NCBI GenBank assembly: GCA_965178125.1
Contig: OZ237762.1
Coordinates: 248,001 to 312,000 of the forward strand
DNA length: 64,000 nucleotides
Reading direction: 5' to 3'
Source of the DNA: Bilabrum cf. latius
Taxonomy: Eukaryota
The notes below the pieces were generated by a model. The model made no database searches. It was not told the DNA's origin and was given only the letters and a program-made list of their open reading frames with translations. The position numbers and the translations under genes are program-made. Below, piece by piece: positions 12,247 through 24,900 of this stretch (position 1 is its first letter; each line of letters begins with the position of its first letter).

Positions 12247-15200
12247 TCAAAGCCCAATCGCTCTCTCATACCTGCGCCTAGCCCCATCCACAGAGAACAC
12301 GATGCCTTGCGTTCCCTCCCTCACCAGGATCTCCTGCTCCACCCATGCCTCGTTCCCCCCAATCCGCACCAAGTAGCTCCCCTCGCGCACCACCAGCTCA
12401 CCGTCCTCGTCTGCACTGGCCAGCACAGAGGCGGGGATGGTCAGGTGCAGCACCTGCGACTTGCCAGGGGCCAGCACGGCCGTGCGATCGAAGTCGAACA
12501 GCTCTTTGCGGGCACCAGACACCCGCAGCCCCTCCCCCCCTGTTGGGGTCACGAAGCCGAGCACGCTCCACGCCCCCGCCACAGAGCCAGTGTTGGTCAC
12601 AGTCACCGTGTACGACATCTCCTGCGCCCCGCTGGCCACGTCAGTCCCCGCCACAGCCATAGGTGCAACCCCCTCCCCGGAGGCCCACTGCACGTCGAAG
12701 GTGGTGTAGGACAGGCCATCTCCGAATTCCCACATGGCCCCGTCCTCGGGCCCGTAGAACATGTACGTCAGCCCGGGCACGTCATCGTGCGGCTTAATGC
12801 TCATGTCGAACATGGATCGCTTGCTGGTGATGTCGCTCGCGTACCAGGTGGTGGTCACTCTCCCGCTCGGGTTGGTCTGCCCCAGCAGCACCTCAGCGAT
12901 GGCGTCCCCTCCGAGTTCCCCGGGGTAGTGCGCGTCCACGATAGCAGGCACATTAGCCTTGACCCACGCATCCCCCAGCACCCCGCCGTGGATGTAGACC
13001 ACAACCAGCGGCTTGGACCCCGCCGCCTGCGCCACCTGCTGCAGCAGCTCCAGCTGGTGACCCGGCAGGTCGATGGACGTCCTGTCCTGTCCTTCCTGCT
13101 CCTCCATCTGGTCGATCCCAAGGAACACAACCACTGCGTCGGCGGAACCAGCCGCGTCCACGGCCTTCGCAAACCCCGACGTCTCCTGGCACCCAACACT
13201 GCAGCCTTCCTGGAACAACACGTTTGCCGTGGGAAGCTGCTTCTGCATGGCAAGCAAGGGTGTGTGTGAGTCGACAAGGGTGTTGGCGCCGTGGTAGTTG
13301 GACAGCATGTCCTGAGATGCGTTTGCATGCGGGCCGATCATGGCAATAGAGGACAGCTTGGACGCGTCCAGGGGCAGCACCCCGCCCTGGTTCTGGAGCA
13401 GGATGATGCCCTGCCGAGCCGCGTCCAGGGCAAGCTCTCGGTGGGCGGGCGTGTCCACTACCTCTGGCCCCAGCTGCAGGTAGGGGTTTCTCTCGGGCGG
13501 GTCCATGATCCCAAGCCGGATCACCTGCCGGAGAAAATTGCGGACGGCCGTCTGCACGGACGTCTCCGTGACGTTGCCGGTGTGCACTGCCTGTGAGAGA
13601 TCAGGATACGGGGGCGAACACACGAGGCCCCAGGTGCAACCAGCAGCACGGCATGGATGCACGAGTCCAAGGGCCAGCTAGCCATGGTATGCACCGCAGA
13701 ATAGCTTGCCCTGGAATGCATTTTCTTTTCCTTCCTCGTGTCCTTCTTACCTCTGCCAGGAACAGGGCGTACCATGACGTCACAGTTCCGCAGTTGACGT
13801 CAGTCCCGCCGTCCTGCAGCGCGGCGCGCACTGTGTCGCTCGCTCCGCTCGTGTAGTGGTGCTGGAGCAGCATGTCAGTGACAGCGCCACAGCTGCGCAT
13901 AAGACAAGGACAACGGGTAGATCTAGTGGGGACACAACGTGCGAGACAGCCGGGAAGGTAGTCGGGAGCAGCTCGGGAGAGATACGGGAGGGCAGGCACA
14001 CAGCGCCACAGACAGCGCCACAGTGCGATACACCCTTCATCTCACTCAGAGGCGATAAATCCGTTGAAGCCCCACTCCCCGCGGATGATGCCGTTGTTGA
14101 AGAACCCGTTCGCGCACGAAGGGATGCCGGTGGTCGCGTGGGTCTGGTTGCGCACCGTCACTGCGTTGTAGCTGCACATGGTGCTCTGCGCTTGCCCGCG
14201 TTCGATGGCCGACCGGAACGCGGGCCAGAAATACTCCACCAGCTCCCCATACGACACGATGGCGTTGAAGTCGTGCCTAGTGGTGCCGTTCCAGTTCTCG
14301 AGATCGTAGGCGGAGAAGTGCTTGGGCGTGGCCACCACCCGGATGTAGTCCTCGTCACCGAGACCCTGCAGCCCGGTGACGTGCTCAAAAGCATACTCCG
14401 AGTTGAGGACTGGGTCCTCCCCGGGCACCTCCTGTCCCCTGCCCCAGCGCGGGTCACGGAACAGGTTGATATCGGGAGACCAGGAAAACCCAGAGCCCCA
14501 CACGCCCTGGTTGCCCAGTGCCCTCGCTTCGTACGAAATAGCCTCCGCGACGCTCCTCCAGAGCGAGCGGTTGAATGTGGCCCCAAGCAGCAGACCGTGG
14601 GGGAAGGAGGTGGGGCACCCCGTGGAGCCGTCAACGCCCGAGGATCGGCCGCAGGCCACGCTCTCTACGCCGTGCAACGCCTCGGCGAACTTCATGGGAG
14701 GGATGCCGAGCACGCCCACTCCAGTCGAGTCGTACCCCTGCAGCATCCCGGCGGCCTGCTGCGGGGACACCCTGGGCACCAGGTCGTCCAGCCGCTGCTC
14801 GGGTGGCAGGTCTGGGTTGCAGTACGGGCGGTCCGGGTAATCGGCACAAGTGTACGGCGAGCTGGCATCCATGCATAGCGTAGGGTCCAAATCGGAGTGA
14901 AACTGACCGGTCGAGGGGTCGCGTTCCCACCGCTGCTTTGCACTGCCGTCGCAGCCATTCACAACCACAGCCATGCCAGCCTGCGGTATCCCAGCCAGCA
15001 CTTCAACGCACTTTCTGTTCATCAACGATTGCAGTGTGCGAGTAGTAGCATTATAAGTCCAATGCTGGTTCCACGGAGTATCCGTTGGAGCGTACAGGTG
15101 CAACGCAGCGTCCGTTTCATTGGACCAAAGGACTATATCTAGCACGAGCACGGGGTTGGTGCCGTGCAGCTCTAGCCTAGATCTGCAACAAGAGAGGCAC

Positions 15201-15407
15201 TAAATGATATTTCATGTAGGATCGTTGTAGTGACAGCTCATCAAATTATGTACAGTGTTCGTCTCACCCCTGGAACTACCAGTCTTGCGCCACAGACCAG
15301 CTCCCGCATGTCTGAAGCTGCACTGGATTTAGAGCCTCGGGGGCGGGCTACGCCTCAATGTAACATAACAATGCAATAATAAAGGGTGCCTGCGCATATA
15401 AGATCAT
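12247..15407 (-). CDS. Secreted GH3 beta-xylosidase-like glycoside hydrolase with N-terminal ricin-B (QxW) lectin domain
   Basis: Signal peptide MILYAQAPFIIALLCYIEA, QxW repeats, EALHG, WSPDINLFRDPRWGRGQEVPGEDP, KHF, MCSYN, SDCGA nucleophile motif, EQEGQDR and an Fn3-like tail. Introns 15267-15183, 14045-13893 and 13750-13591. TAG at 15348 and 15276; TGA at 12247. Confidence 0.92.
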
Positions 15408-15513
15408 ATTGTCTGTTTTCTGCGTGCGTGACTGTTTTTCCTGCAATGAGAAGGTTCGCGTAGGTTCGCCCCGGCTCAAGTTGATCCGATCATCGCCACA
15501 TGTACGCAGGCGG

Positions 15514-16927
15514 TCACTCCACACCACCGTCTGGTCTCGGACCACCCGCAGATCTCGGTACCGCTGCGCTGCCTGTGGCCTAGCCACCGCTAGCTGCGCC
15601 TGCGCCTTCTGCCCCGCTGGCACTGGCACCCCTTGGTGACTCCGAGTCGTCCCGTGAGAGCACCCCATCTGGTGTGACGATGAAATCCACGGGCTGGTCA
15701 TGCTCGCCCATAGGCACGTGCTCCGTGGCCCGCAGCAGTTCCCGGGCACCCTCGACTTCGGAGGTGGCGGCGGCAGGGCTGGCGGCCGCTGGTATAGCAC
15801 TAGGTCTAGTGGCACTGGCACTGGTACTGGTACTGGTACTGGCACTGGTACTGGCACTGGTACTGGCTGCAGTGTCCTCGCTGGGCACTCCTGATGAGCC
15901 AGCGCAGTCAGTTGCAGAGAACCTGTCTCCGCGCAACGGGAGCAGCTGTTCCCTGAGACACACGGCCTGCGGTGGGGTGTGAATCCATCACAGCCACTGG
16001 CATTCGGAGGTTTGAAAGATGATGGAATGCGGTGCACTCAGCGAAGCATACAGGCATGACAAATATAAGTAGAGGACAGTGGACATGCTGTTGATGCGCA
16101 GTACAACTGCCTCACCATCCTGACCGGCCTGGGAAGCCCGGCCTCTCGGTGGGCCCTGTCGATACGGGCGAGGAAAGTGTCTGCGAGCGAGGTGCCGGTG
16201 GATGATCACGCTCACGTGCAATCGAGCTTGACGCGAGATATGAGGTACACCGTGGCAATGGACAAAGCGAGACGGGCACCGTGTGGCTCATGGACATTTG
16301 CTCTTGCTATTTCTCACCGTAGAATCCGCCGCCGTGGCCCAGGCGGCCGAACGAACGGTCCATCGCCACGCAGGGAAGCAGAACCAAGTCCAAAGGCACA
16401 GGCTTCAATTGATCCATAGAATCAAGTTCTGACTTCGTGTATTCGGCGGCAGGGCCGACCTTTGTCTGGCGAACAACGCCTTCTGCTTCAATGCCGCAGC
16501 TTGCAAAGTCAATGGCCTCGGCCCAGCGAGACTTCCGAGATGCTTCAACAGAAGCAAGTAAATCATCAGGCCAATTTGGTTCTGGGATACCCCACTTTGT
16601 TTTGCCAAATGACTCAACGTGAGCACCGGATGGCACGGACAGGACGCCCATTTGACGACCTCCTGCTACTTTGGGCACATAAAGCGTCTTTCCGCCTCGA
16701 AAACACTGTGACACTATTGATCCAGTCTATAGCTCACCACCTTTCATCGACAAATAGCAGAATACTGATCTTGACTTAGCAAATATTGGATCTTTCGAAA
16801 TGTGGCGAGCAACTGCCTCGGACTGTCGGTCAATTTCTACCGTAGGAACCGCTTGTAGCACCTTACTAAAAGCCTTGCGCAAAGACCGTTTAATTACTTT
16901 CATATCCTTAGGTGCTTCTTGTGCCAT
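15514..16927 (-). CDS. MTHFS: 5-formyltetrahydrofolate cyclo-ligase
   Basis: KRSLRK, YLSM..GEL*T, YVPKV, KWGIPEP, LDLVLLPCVAMD...RLGHGGGFYD and VPMGEHDQPVDFIVTP. Introns 16317-16181 and 16115-15967. TAG at 16727 and 15580; TGA at 15514. Confidence 0.9.
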
Positions 16928-17604
16928 AGGTAGTGTGCATACGATACACGCGCGTGATTTTCTCAATGGATCGGAGCGCTCCGATCGAATGCCTCTCATC
17001 CACCGGCGCGGCGGGTTTCGTCCTGGAGCCGGGAAGTCAATGGAGCAAGCGTTCCACCCCTAGAGAAGCGCCGGCAGTGCTCCTCACGAGCCGCAAATGG
17101 GTTATTCGTATCTACAATGCGCTTGGACTGGGCAAAGTGTGCTTCAAGCTGAGTTCGGGTGTTCAAGCTGTCTGATCATGCCACACGGCATTTGACAATC
17201 AGTAAACACCATTCAATAGCCCACATATATGGCGTATCACCAACAGCAGCCCCACCGCCAGGATACACGTCCCCACCGCCCGACCATCCCCATCCTTTGT
17301 GGCCGGCGGTCATCTACCGCGACGGGACCACTGCCTGCCGCGTTCGATCCGCCCAGCGACTACCCTGCTTAACCAATCTATACTTCCAGAAGAGTCATTC
17401 CGCATGGCCAGGGCTGCCCGCTAAGGCACCGTCGGGCTCCACCAAGATCCTCACCTTGATAGTTCCGGTTTAGTAGGGGTCAGGCAATATCGGGTGAATC
17501 TGCAATCATTTGCTACTAGCTATATACATTACCGAATTTTTGGCATCACTTTCTTAGAAAGGGTCGACGTTTAGTAGTACTGCAGCCCAGTAGGGCCTGA
17601 ATCA

Positions 17605-20600
17605 ATGCCACGCCGCAATCGAGGAAAAAAATAGCAGGGAAGAGGTGGATAGCATCACCGACATCGGGGAAGAACACCAAACCAGCAGCAGACCACAGGT
17701 GCAGCCGCCGTGCGACCATCAGTCGCAAGCGCAAGCGCATTGATCTTAGATTCTGCCGTCATAACGCTCGCAGCGTGGCGACGGGGCCTTCTCTCCCAAC
17801 CTGAAGCGCACAGTCGGGTCGAGTCGCTGCAGATTGGGGGTCATTTGATATCAGACCCCTTGCCGAGGCTGCGTGGTGGGCACGATTCGCCGAAAGGAAT
17901 CTATGCCTACTAGGCACACCTGATGCTCTCGGGATCAGTACGTGGCCTTGAAAATCGAGTCGTGGAAAGCTAGGCCTAGGATGCGCCTTCTGACGACGAG
18001 TTCAGGCGTATGATTGTAGATGGCAGCTGGGAGTCTCTAGCTGACAAGAGAAGAGTACCAATCCAGCGCGAAGAAGTCCTTGCGGCTGCCGCAGAGGCAC
18101 GTGCTTCTACTTTGCTCGGGCGGTACACGGGCGGGTCTCTCCTGGGCCCCGAGTGGGGCGACGGGGTGCGTGAGATGGAGAACGCTGAGCACGAGGCTTG
18201 CAAGCAGGGCGAGGAGGATGCCTACTTTTCCATGCATCCTGCGGTCGACGAAGACCCGAGTGGAGCCGGCAGCAGCCCAACGTGCCCTGTTGGGTGGCCG
18301 TCCGAGCGATCCTACCGAATGCGCCTGCGGAACCTGTGCGCGGCCCCGGATCCGTCAGGCGACGCGGGGGCGCGTTCAGATGCTCATATACGTAGCTTGT
18401 TTGCATTTCCAGCGTCTGGTGGTGGAGGTGCGGTTGTGGTGTCACCAAGCGGCCAGGCATCAGCCAGCCATGGAGCAACGACTCGGCTGTTCAGCAGGTC
18501 GCACCCAGGCAGCTGGCCGGCCGTGGTGCACCCCACCGGTGCTGGTGCTGGTGCTGGTGCTGGTGCTGGTGCTGGTGCTGGTGCTGGTGCTGGTGCTGGT
18601 GCTGGTGCTGGTGCTCGTGCTGGTGCTGGTGCTGGTGCTGGTGCTGGTGCTCGTGCTGGTGCTGGTGCTGGTGCTGGTGCTGGTGCTGATCCGATCGCTT
18701 CGGCTCGACTAGAAGCTGAGTGCTGGTAGCGTGCCATGAGTAGCACCAGCATCAACAACACGAGTGGCCTGTTCCTCCACCGGCACGCGTGCCAGCAGGT
18801 TGTGCTATTGCAGGACAGGTTCTTGGGCTCCAGGTCCAGCAGGGGGCAGGAGTTCTGGGACGGTGGCGGCGGGCCTGACCCATGCTGCATCCAGGGAACA
18901 AGCGACGAGGAGGCAGCCGCGCGGGTATTGCAGAGGGCTCGGGGCAGGCGTGGGCCGGGACCGTCGGGAGATCGTGTTCGGACTGGCGTTGGCTTCGACG
19001 CCTGGGTGACTCTGGCAGCTGCAAGTACACGCACGATCGCAGCCTGGATGTCGGACTGTCCGCTCAATGTGTACACCCGGCCCGGTTCAGAGGGCAGAAG
19101 GGCGCTTGTGATTGCAGAAGATGCGACTCGCGGTGCTGGGGGGATCCCAGGCTACGACCCGTAGTAGACAGTCACAAGGCAGGAAACAGCTCGCATCGAG
19201 TCCCTTGTGGCTGCAGTCAGCCACGGCGCCAGGTGTGCAGCTGCTGCCATCGACGTGCTCGGGGAGGCTGTGAACGACTGGCGTGCAGCTGCTGCCATCG
19301 ACGTGCTCGGGGAGGCTGTGAACGACTGGCGTGCAGCTGCTGCCATCGACGTGCTCGGGGAGGCTGTGAACGACTGGCGCCAGGAGGTATTGGCTGCGAC
19401 AGGCAGGGCAGGTGCAGGTGCAGGTGCAGGCGCAGGTGCAGGCGCTGGTGCAGGTGCTGGTTCTGGCGCTGCGGCAGCTGGACGGGGAATCGGTGGAGAG
19501 ATCCACGGCATCGGTTGCGATGGGGGCGTGCAGTGCAGGTGCAAGGCTCGCGGCGGGTCGATTGGAAGAACGGCCGACAAAGGGCCGGAGGAGTACCCAA
19601 TCACAGAGCAGTGGGCCCACAGGTGCGCTCCATCAGTGGTGCGCGTGGCAGCAGGGGTCACTCAAATCCTAGAGGCTGCTTCATAGTGCCTCGTGGCTCT
19701 GGCTATGGGACCGCTTCATGGGGACGAGGGACCTGGGGCTCTGCCACGTGCAAGCACGCTTGCCATTCGGGCAGCGTGCCCTGTGCTGCTGCAGGCTGCC
19801 AACCGCTGGGACTCTGCCTGCAGGCCGTTCCTGCAGCAGCGCGAGGACCCGCTGCGTCCCCTGTTTGGGTGCCCGTGGATCTCGGGGACAAGGGGCACGC
19901 TACTGCACGGCTTCAACCCATGGGTGGTGCATGAAGCTGTCAGGCTCGCGTCTGCGGTGCAGGCGGACTGCGTGCTGCGAGAGGTGCGGCGGACGCGAGC
20001 CCTCGGGAGACCCGACCTGATGCGCCAGCTGAACAGCAGGGTGTGGCTGCCCGATTGGCTGTGGACTGTTGCGAGTGCCAGGCACAGGTGCATGTGGACG
20101 GGAGACGTGCAGTCCGCGACGGCCGCCGGGAGGCTCGTGGCCATGTGTCTGCAGAGAATCCCGTCGCCGGTGCTGGGACGATGGTACCAGTCCGAAGGCG
20201 CCACAGGTTGGGGAGGTGGCAGGCTGCGCCACAAGGACTACGCAGGGGATGGAGGACCGACACCTGCACAGCGATTGGTCTGGGGCACGGCTCGACTAGC
20301 TGGCCAGCAGATGTGGGATCTGGCCCTGGGGTGGATCCGGTGCCACTGCCGGGGAACAGTGGAGGAGCTGGCTGCGTGGGTGGACAGCGGTGAGGAGGAG
20401 CTCCGGCGCCTCGAGCACAAGAACGCTGATACGAGGACGGAGCGGTGGCACATCCGCAGGGAGAGGGAGCTTGCAGGTGAGCTGGGTGCAGGTGAGCTGG
20501 CTGCCGATGCAGGGGATGGTGACGCCCTCTTGGACTCGTGCATGTGCGTGGTGGGGGAAGAACCGGATAGGTGGAGGGACGTGGTGAGCATGGGGTGCTG

Positions 20601-21948
20601 GAACCTGATGCGGGGCGCCGACTCGCCCATGGTGACCCCGCTTCGGGCGAGGGGAGGCGCGTGCGTTGTTCCCCAGGCTGGCGAGGGGGCTCGAGGCGAG
20701 GTGGAAGGAGCGGACGAAGAAGGTGAGGAGGACTGGCGCCGCGCAGAGGGGATCGCCAGGTTCCGCAAGGGCAGGGCGGGCTACGGGCAACGCGGCAAGC
20801 ACGCATGGCGCAGCATCGTTTGCTGCGGACCCAGAGATCACGTGCCTCCTCCACCTCTTCCTCTTCCTGGCGCTTCACTGCCATCGTCGGCGCCGCAGTG
20901 GAGCCTGGGCTGGAAGCAGCAACTCGAGGCCAAAGTGGGTGAGCTGGAGAACATGGCCCCGAACAGAGAAGACGTAGCCCCGGATCTAGAGGACATGGCA
21001 CCGGATCTAGAGGATACGAGCACGGATATGGGCATGGGCATGGACATGGACATGAGCTCAGGGTCGGGCAGTGAAACCGCAGCATCAGAAGGCTCCATCG
21101 AAGCACTGCTGCGCTTCCCCACAGGCGCCATCGAGGCACAGCCCATCGTGGCAGCAGTGGAGCTGCACACGGTGGCAATGCTACGAAGCGTGCCCCATAG
21201 GCACGTGCCGTAGATGCCGCTTGCCGTGCACCTGCTGATCCAACGAGCCATGCAGACCGAGTGGAGAGAGAGGAGGGAGGGGAGAAGGCAGGCTGATGGA
21301 GGGGTTACAGGTGCTGCGAGCAGTGGCCCTGGTGCTGGCCCTGTGTCCAGCTCCAGCGCAGTAAGCCGTGATGGAGGGGCCCGTGCGGGCAGCCCTTTCC
21401 GCTGTACAACCCGAATAGTGTGCCTGACATCCGAGCCGACGCGGCTGCTCCTGCTGGGTGGAGACCCATGTGGTCAGCTCGACCGGTGCCCGGCCAGCTG
21501 GTTGGCCGCTAGGAGAGTGTAGGTCGCTTGCTGGAGGTGCTAGAAGATGTTCGCATGTCGCGGCGAAGGGAGCAGCTGCTTCGGTTTCGATCTACTCTTG
21601 CTTGGATGCCGTGAGCTTCGTACGAGTGATCAATCGAGCTTGTTCAGCACCTGGGTCGGAGAATGCTCTCGTTGTGGATCGTTTGCTTGTTTGCCATCCT
21701 CGCACCCGTGGATGGATCGGTCGGCTAATCATTAGCCGCTAATGTTGGACCTATTCATGAAGGTTCGTTTCCACTGGCAAGGGTTGCCCATCCCAGGCCC
21801 TAGATTCTACGTTTACGAAAATAATACAGATATGCAACTCAGCCAAAGCCAATCCGGAGTTCGGAATCCACAAAAGTCCGGTGCCAGCTAGCTACTGGTG
21901 GGGCAGAGCTCGCAGTGGGAGCGCTCTCCCACTGGGACTGCAAATTGA
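17605..21948 (+). CDS. Uncharacterised ~1,450-aa protein with Gly-Ala tracts and a Cys-rich C-terminus
   Basis: Seven ORF-track fragments share one frame. From ATG 17605 to TGA 21946 there are 14 TAG and no TAA or TGA. Hidden introns cannot be excluded. Confidence 0.7.
18538..18687 (+). repeat. (GGTGCT)n hexanucleotide microsatellite encoding Gly-Ala dipeptides
   Basis: About 25 tandem hexamers with two CGTGCT variants. Confidence 0.95.
19237..19380 (+). repeat. Near-perfect 3 x 48-bp coding tandem repeat (AAAAIDVLGEAVNDWR)
   Basis: Three head-to-tail copies that differ only at the last base; no spacers. Confidence 0.95.
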
Positions 21949-21977
21949 GAGAAAGCACAGTGAGCATCAGTGCTGCA

Positions 21978-24900
21978 TCACACTTGCTGTTCCACGCGAA
22001 GCAGGAACACCCGGTTCTTGATCCCCGAGCCCATGTTATTGAGCTCGGCTGGCACCGCCAGCAGCCCGCTTGCTGCGTCGATCACGTCCACATCTCTGAT
22101 CCGGTACCGCGTGTCAGCCGGGAAGGCGTACTCCTGCACGTTCGTGACACTGGGCGAATCCCCGCACATGATGCTGCCTACGTTGTTCACCTCTTTCACC
22201 CAGCACGTCAAGCTGGCCGTAAAGAAGAAGCCCATGTTGTGCTTGATGTTCAGGCTGGGGCTGCTCTGCCCGTACTGAAGTCCCGAAGGGAATACGACCA
22301 CGGGGTTCATCCCCTGCCTCAGGCTGCTCAGCGACACATGCATGATAGCAGTGCTGCTGTGAGCCACCCAGGTCGTGTCGTCGTTGGCCCCCTCGGAGGT
22401 CTGCGACCCGAAGGTGAAGCTGTCGGTGGAGCGAACATCAGGCGCTCCCCACGGCCAGCCCTTCTTGGTGGCAGGGTCGTACACCCAGTAGTTGTATACG
22501 CCCTTGATCAGGATCAGTGGGCCCATGACGTACGCAGAGTTCGCGCCCGACTGCGTTGAGTGCGTGAACACTCCTGTGTTCCCGGTGTAGGCAGCCCCTC
22601 CGGGCGCGTCCACCTCTGTGGCCTCGGTCTTGACGGACACTGCACCCTGCGCCCCCGTGGGATCCGACATCCGAAACAGCTGCTTTTGGTGGGCCACGAA
22701 GAAGTCGGCCGTGGCAGAGTCCTGCCCGTCCGCCACCACGGGGCCGATCAGCTGGAAGCGCTGCTAGCGGCTGTTGCCGTTCACGATCGGAGCGAAGCTG
22801 GCCAGCACGGGCAGCTCGGATACCTCGCTCGTCACATCCTGCCCGATGAAGGCCAGCGTGACATTGCTGTTCTGCTCGTCGTAACGCAGCACTAACCCAT
22901 TGCGCCATTCAGTCATGCTCTCGATCCGCTGGGTCTGGTTGAATACGCGAGTGGGGGCAGAGTCGGCGATGCCCAGGCGCATGAGGTCGTAGGTGGAGAC
23001 CCAAGGGTTCTCGCTGATCTGTCTGTACTTGACATAGTAAACCGTGCCATCAGCGGTAGTCGCCGAGGGGCCACTGGCGATGTCCTTCCTGGCCTGCTGC
23101 AGCGGGGTCATGTCCTCGTAGGCAGGCAGCATCCTGGGGGCCACGTCATCCGGGGCAGAGAGGTCCACGCTCCACGTGGCTGACTCGAAGGGGTTATCGT
23201 TGCGGTTTCGCTGAGGAATGCGGCCTATTCGCTTGGGCGTGTACCCTTTCAGGTTGAACTCGGTGTCGGACACGCGATCCACGGATTCCGCGCGGCGCAC
23301 CATGTTGCCCTGGCTGTCCACCACAAGGCCCATCTTGTCCAGGCCAACCACATCGGACAGGGGCACACTCGTCGGAATGTCTGTCACGGCCAGCACCAGC
23401 TCGAACGAGATCTCGGCCACCATCAGGCTGGCGTTGGCAGGGGAAGGCGCCAGCTCCAGCTCGAGCCTGGAATTGTTGAAGAACAGCTGCTGGTTGGCGT
23501 ACTGCCGGAGCAGGTTGCTACCGGCCTCGAGGCGTGAAAATGCACGGACTCGTCGGTGCAGGTTGCGCGCTCCCTGAAGCGACTCCCCCACGGCCCACAT
23601 GGTCAGGTGGGTCATGGTCGCGCCGTCCGGGCTCGCGGTGGGGGCCTGCCTCGTGGTCACGATGGCCGGCGCGCGCTGGCCCTGATACAGGGTGTTCATG
23701 ATGTTACTGCCGATGCTCGGCACGCGATCACAGTCGTGGAAGCCGGCGGGTGCGCTTCCTCCAGCCACCTTGAGGTCGATCCGCAGCAGCGGGGCCTCGG
23801 GCTCGAAGGCTGCCAGGGCAGCGGCGGCAGTTTCCTCGCACAGGCCCTGGGCCATGAGTCCCATGGACACGCGGGTAGGACCCTGCAGGTCATCTCGGGC
23901 TGGGGCCTCCTCGGGGCCAGAAGAGCCCTGTCTGCCAGAGTACACGAAAATGCGGCTGGTCGGATAGTTGCCATCTGCTGTGGGTGCCCCTGCATCGTAG
24001 CTGGCCGTGTACAGCACGCGGCCCTTGGCGCTGCTGATTTCTACGTTCGGTTGGTCGTTTCCCGAGAAGGATATGGTCGAATAAAGATTGCTCCCCGGGG
24101 GGTTCACGGCGTAAGCAGGCTCCTGGGCCTCGCTGCCCTGCGCGATACGGACGCACTCCAACACGATCGGCGTGGGCGGGTTCGCCGACCTCGTTCCGTT
24201 CTGCCTCGCCGCACAGAACTCGTCGGTTGCGGTGGGCACGAACGGTTGGCTGGAATTGTGCCCCGCCCTCACCGCCACTGGGTCGGTGAGATACTTGCCC
24301 CGAGCCAGCACTGTCACCAGGGTCCCAAAGGGAGCTGGGTCAAAGCGCATCAATGCATCGTCAACCGTGGAGCTGACATGGGTGAGCCGCAGCACGACGC
24401 TGCCGTCGTCCAGCCTCACGCCGCCCTTGAAGTTCATGGGGTAGTTGTTGCCGGAGTTGGGAAAGGCGGCAGCCACAGCCTGCTGCCACCCGCTCACCTC
24501 GCTGACCTGGCCCGTGGTGCCATCGTAGTAGTACGCGCTGAAATACATGCGATGCAGCAGCACCCCGTTCCCGTAAGCATTGATTCGCTCGAGCTGCTGG
24601 ATGGTGAAACTATTTCTCGCCGCATTAGTCTCAAACGTGGTTCGCATGGCATCGGCCAGCAGGACGGGGGTCTCGTCGAGCGCTGTCAGTATGTAGGGCT
24701 TGCCACCCTTCAGGAAGATCAAGTCCGTGGCGTCGTCACCGGTGCCAGACCCGCCGTTGGGCACCTTTGTGATCTGCTCGGGGGGCTCGTAACCCTGTCC
24801 TCCAGATGCCATGGCCCAGTTGGTTGCATTCGTCAGGTTGAGCCCGTCCTCCTCTAGCACAAGCAGCATGGCCTCCTTGGGCCCGTTGCTGTGGTGAGGC

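Noticed and set aside
19237-19380. CRISPR-like array
   Set aside because: The 48-bp units are contiguous and in-frame with no spacers, there are no cas genes, and the context is eukaryotic.
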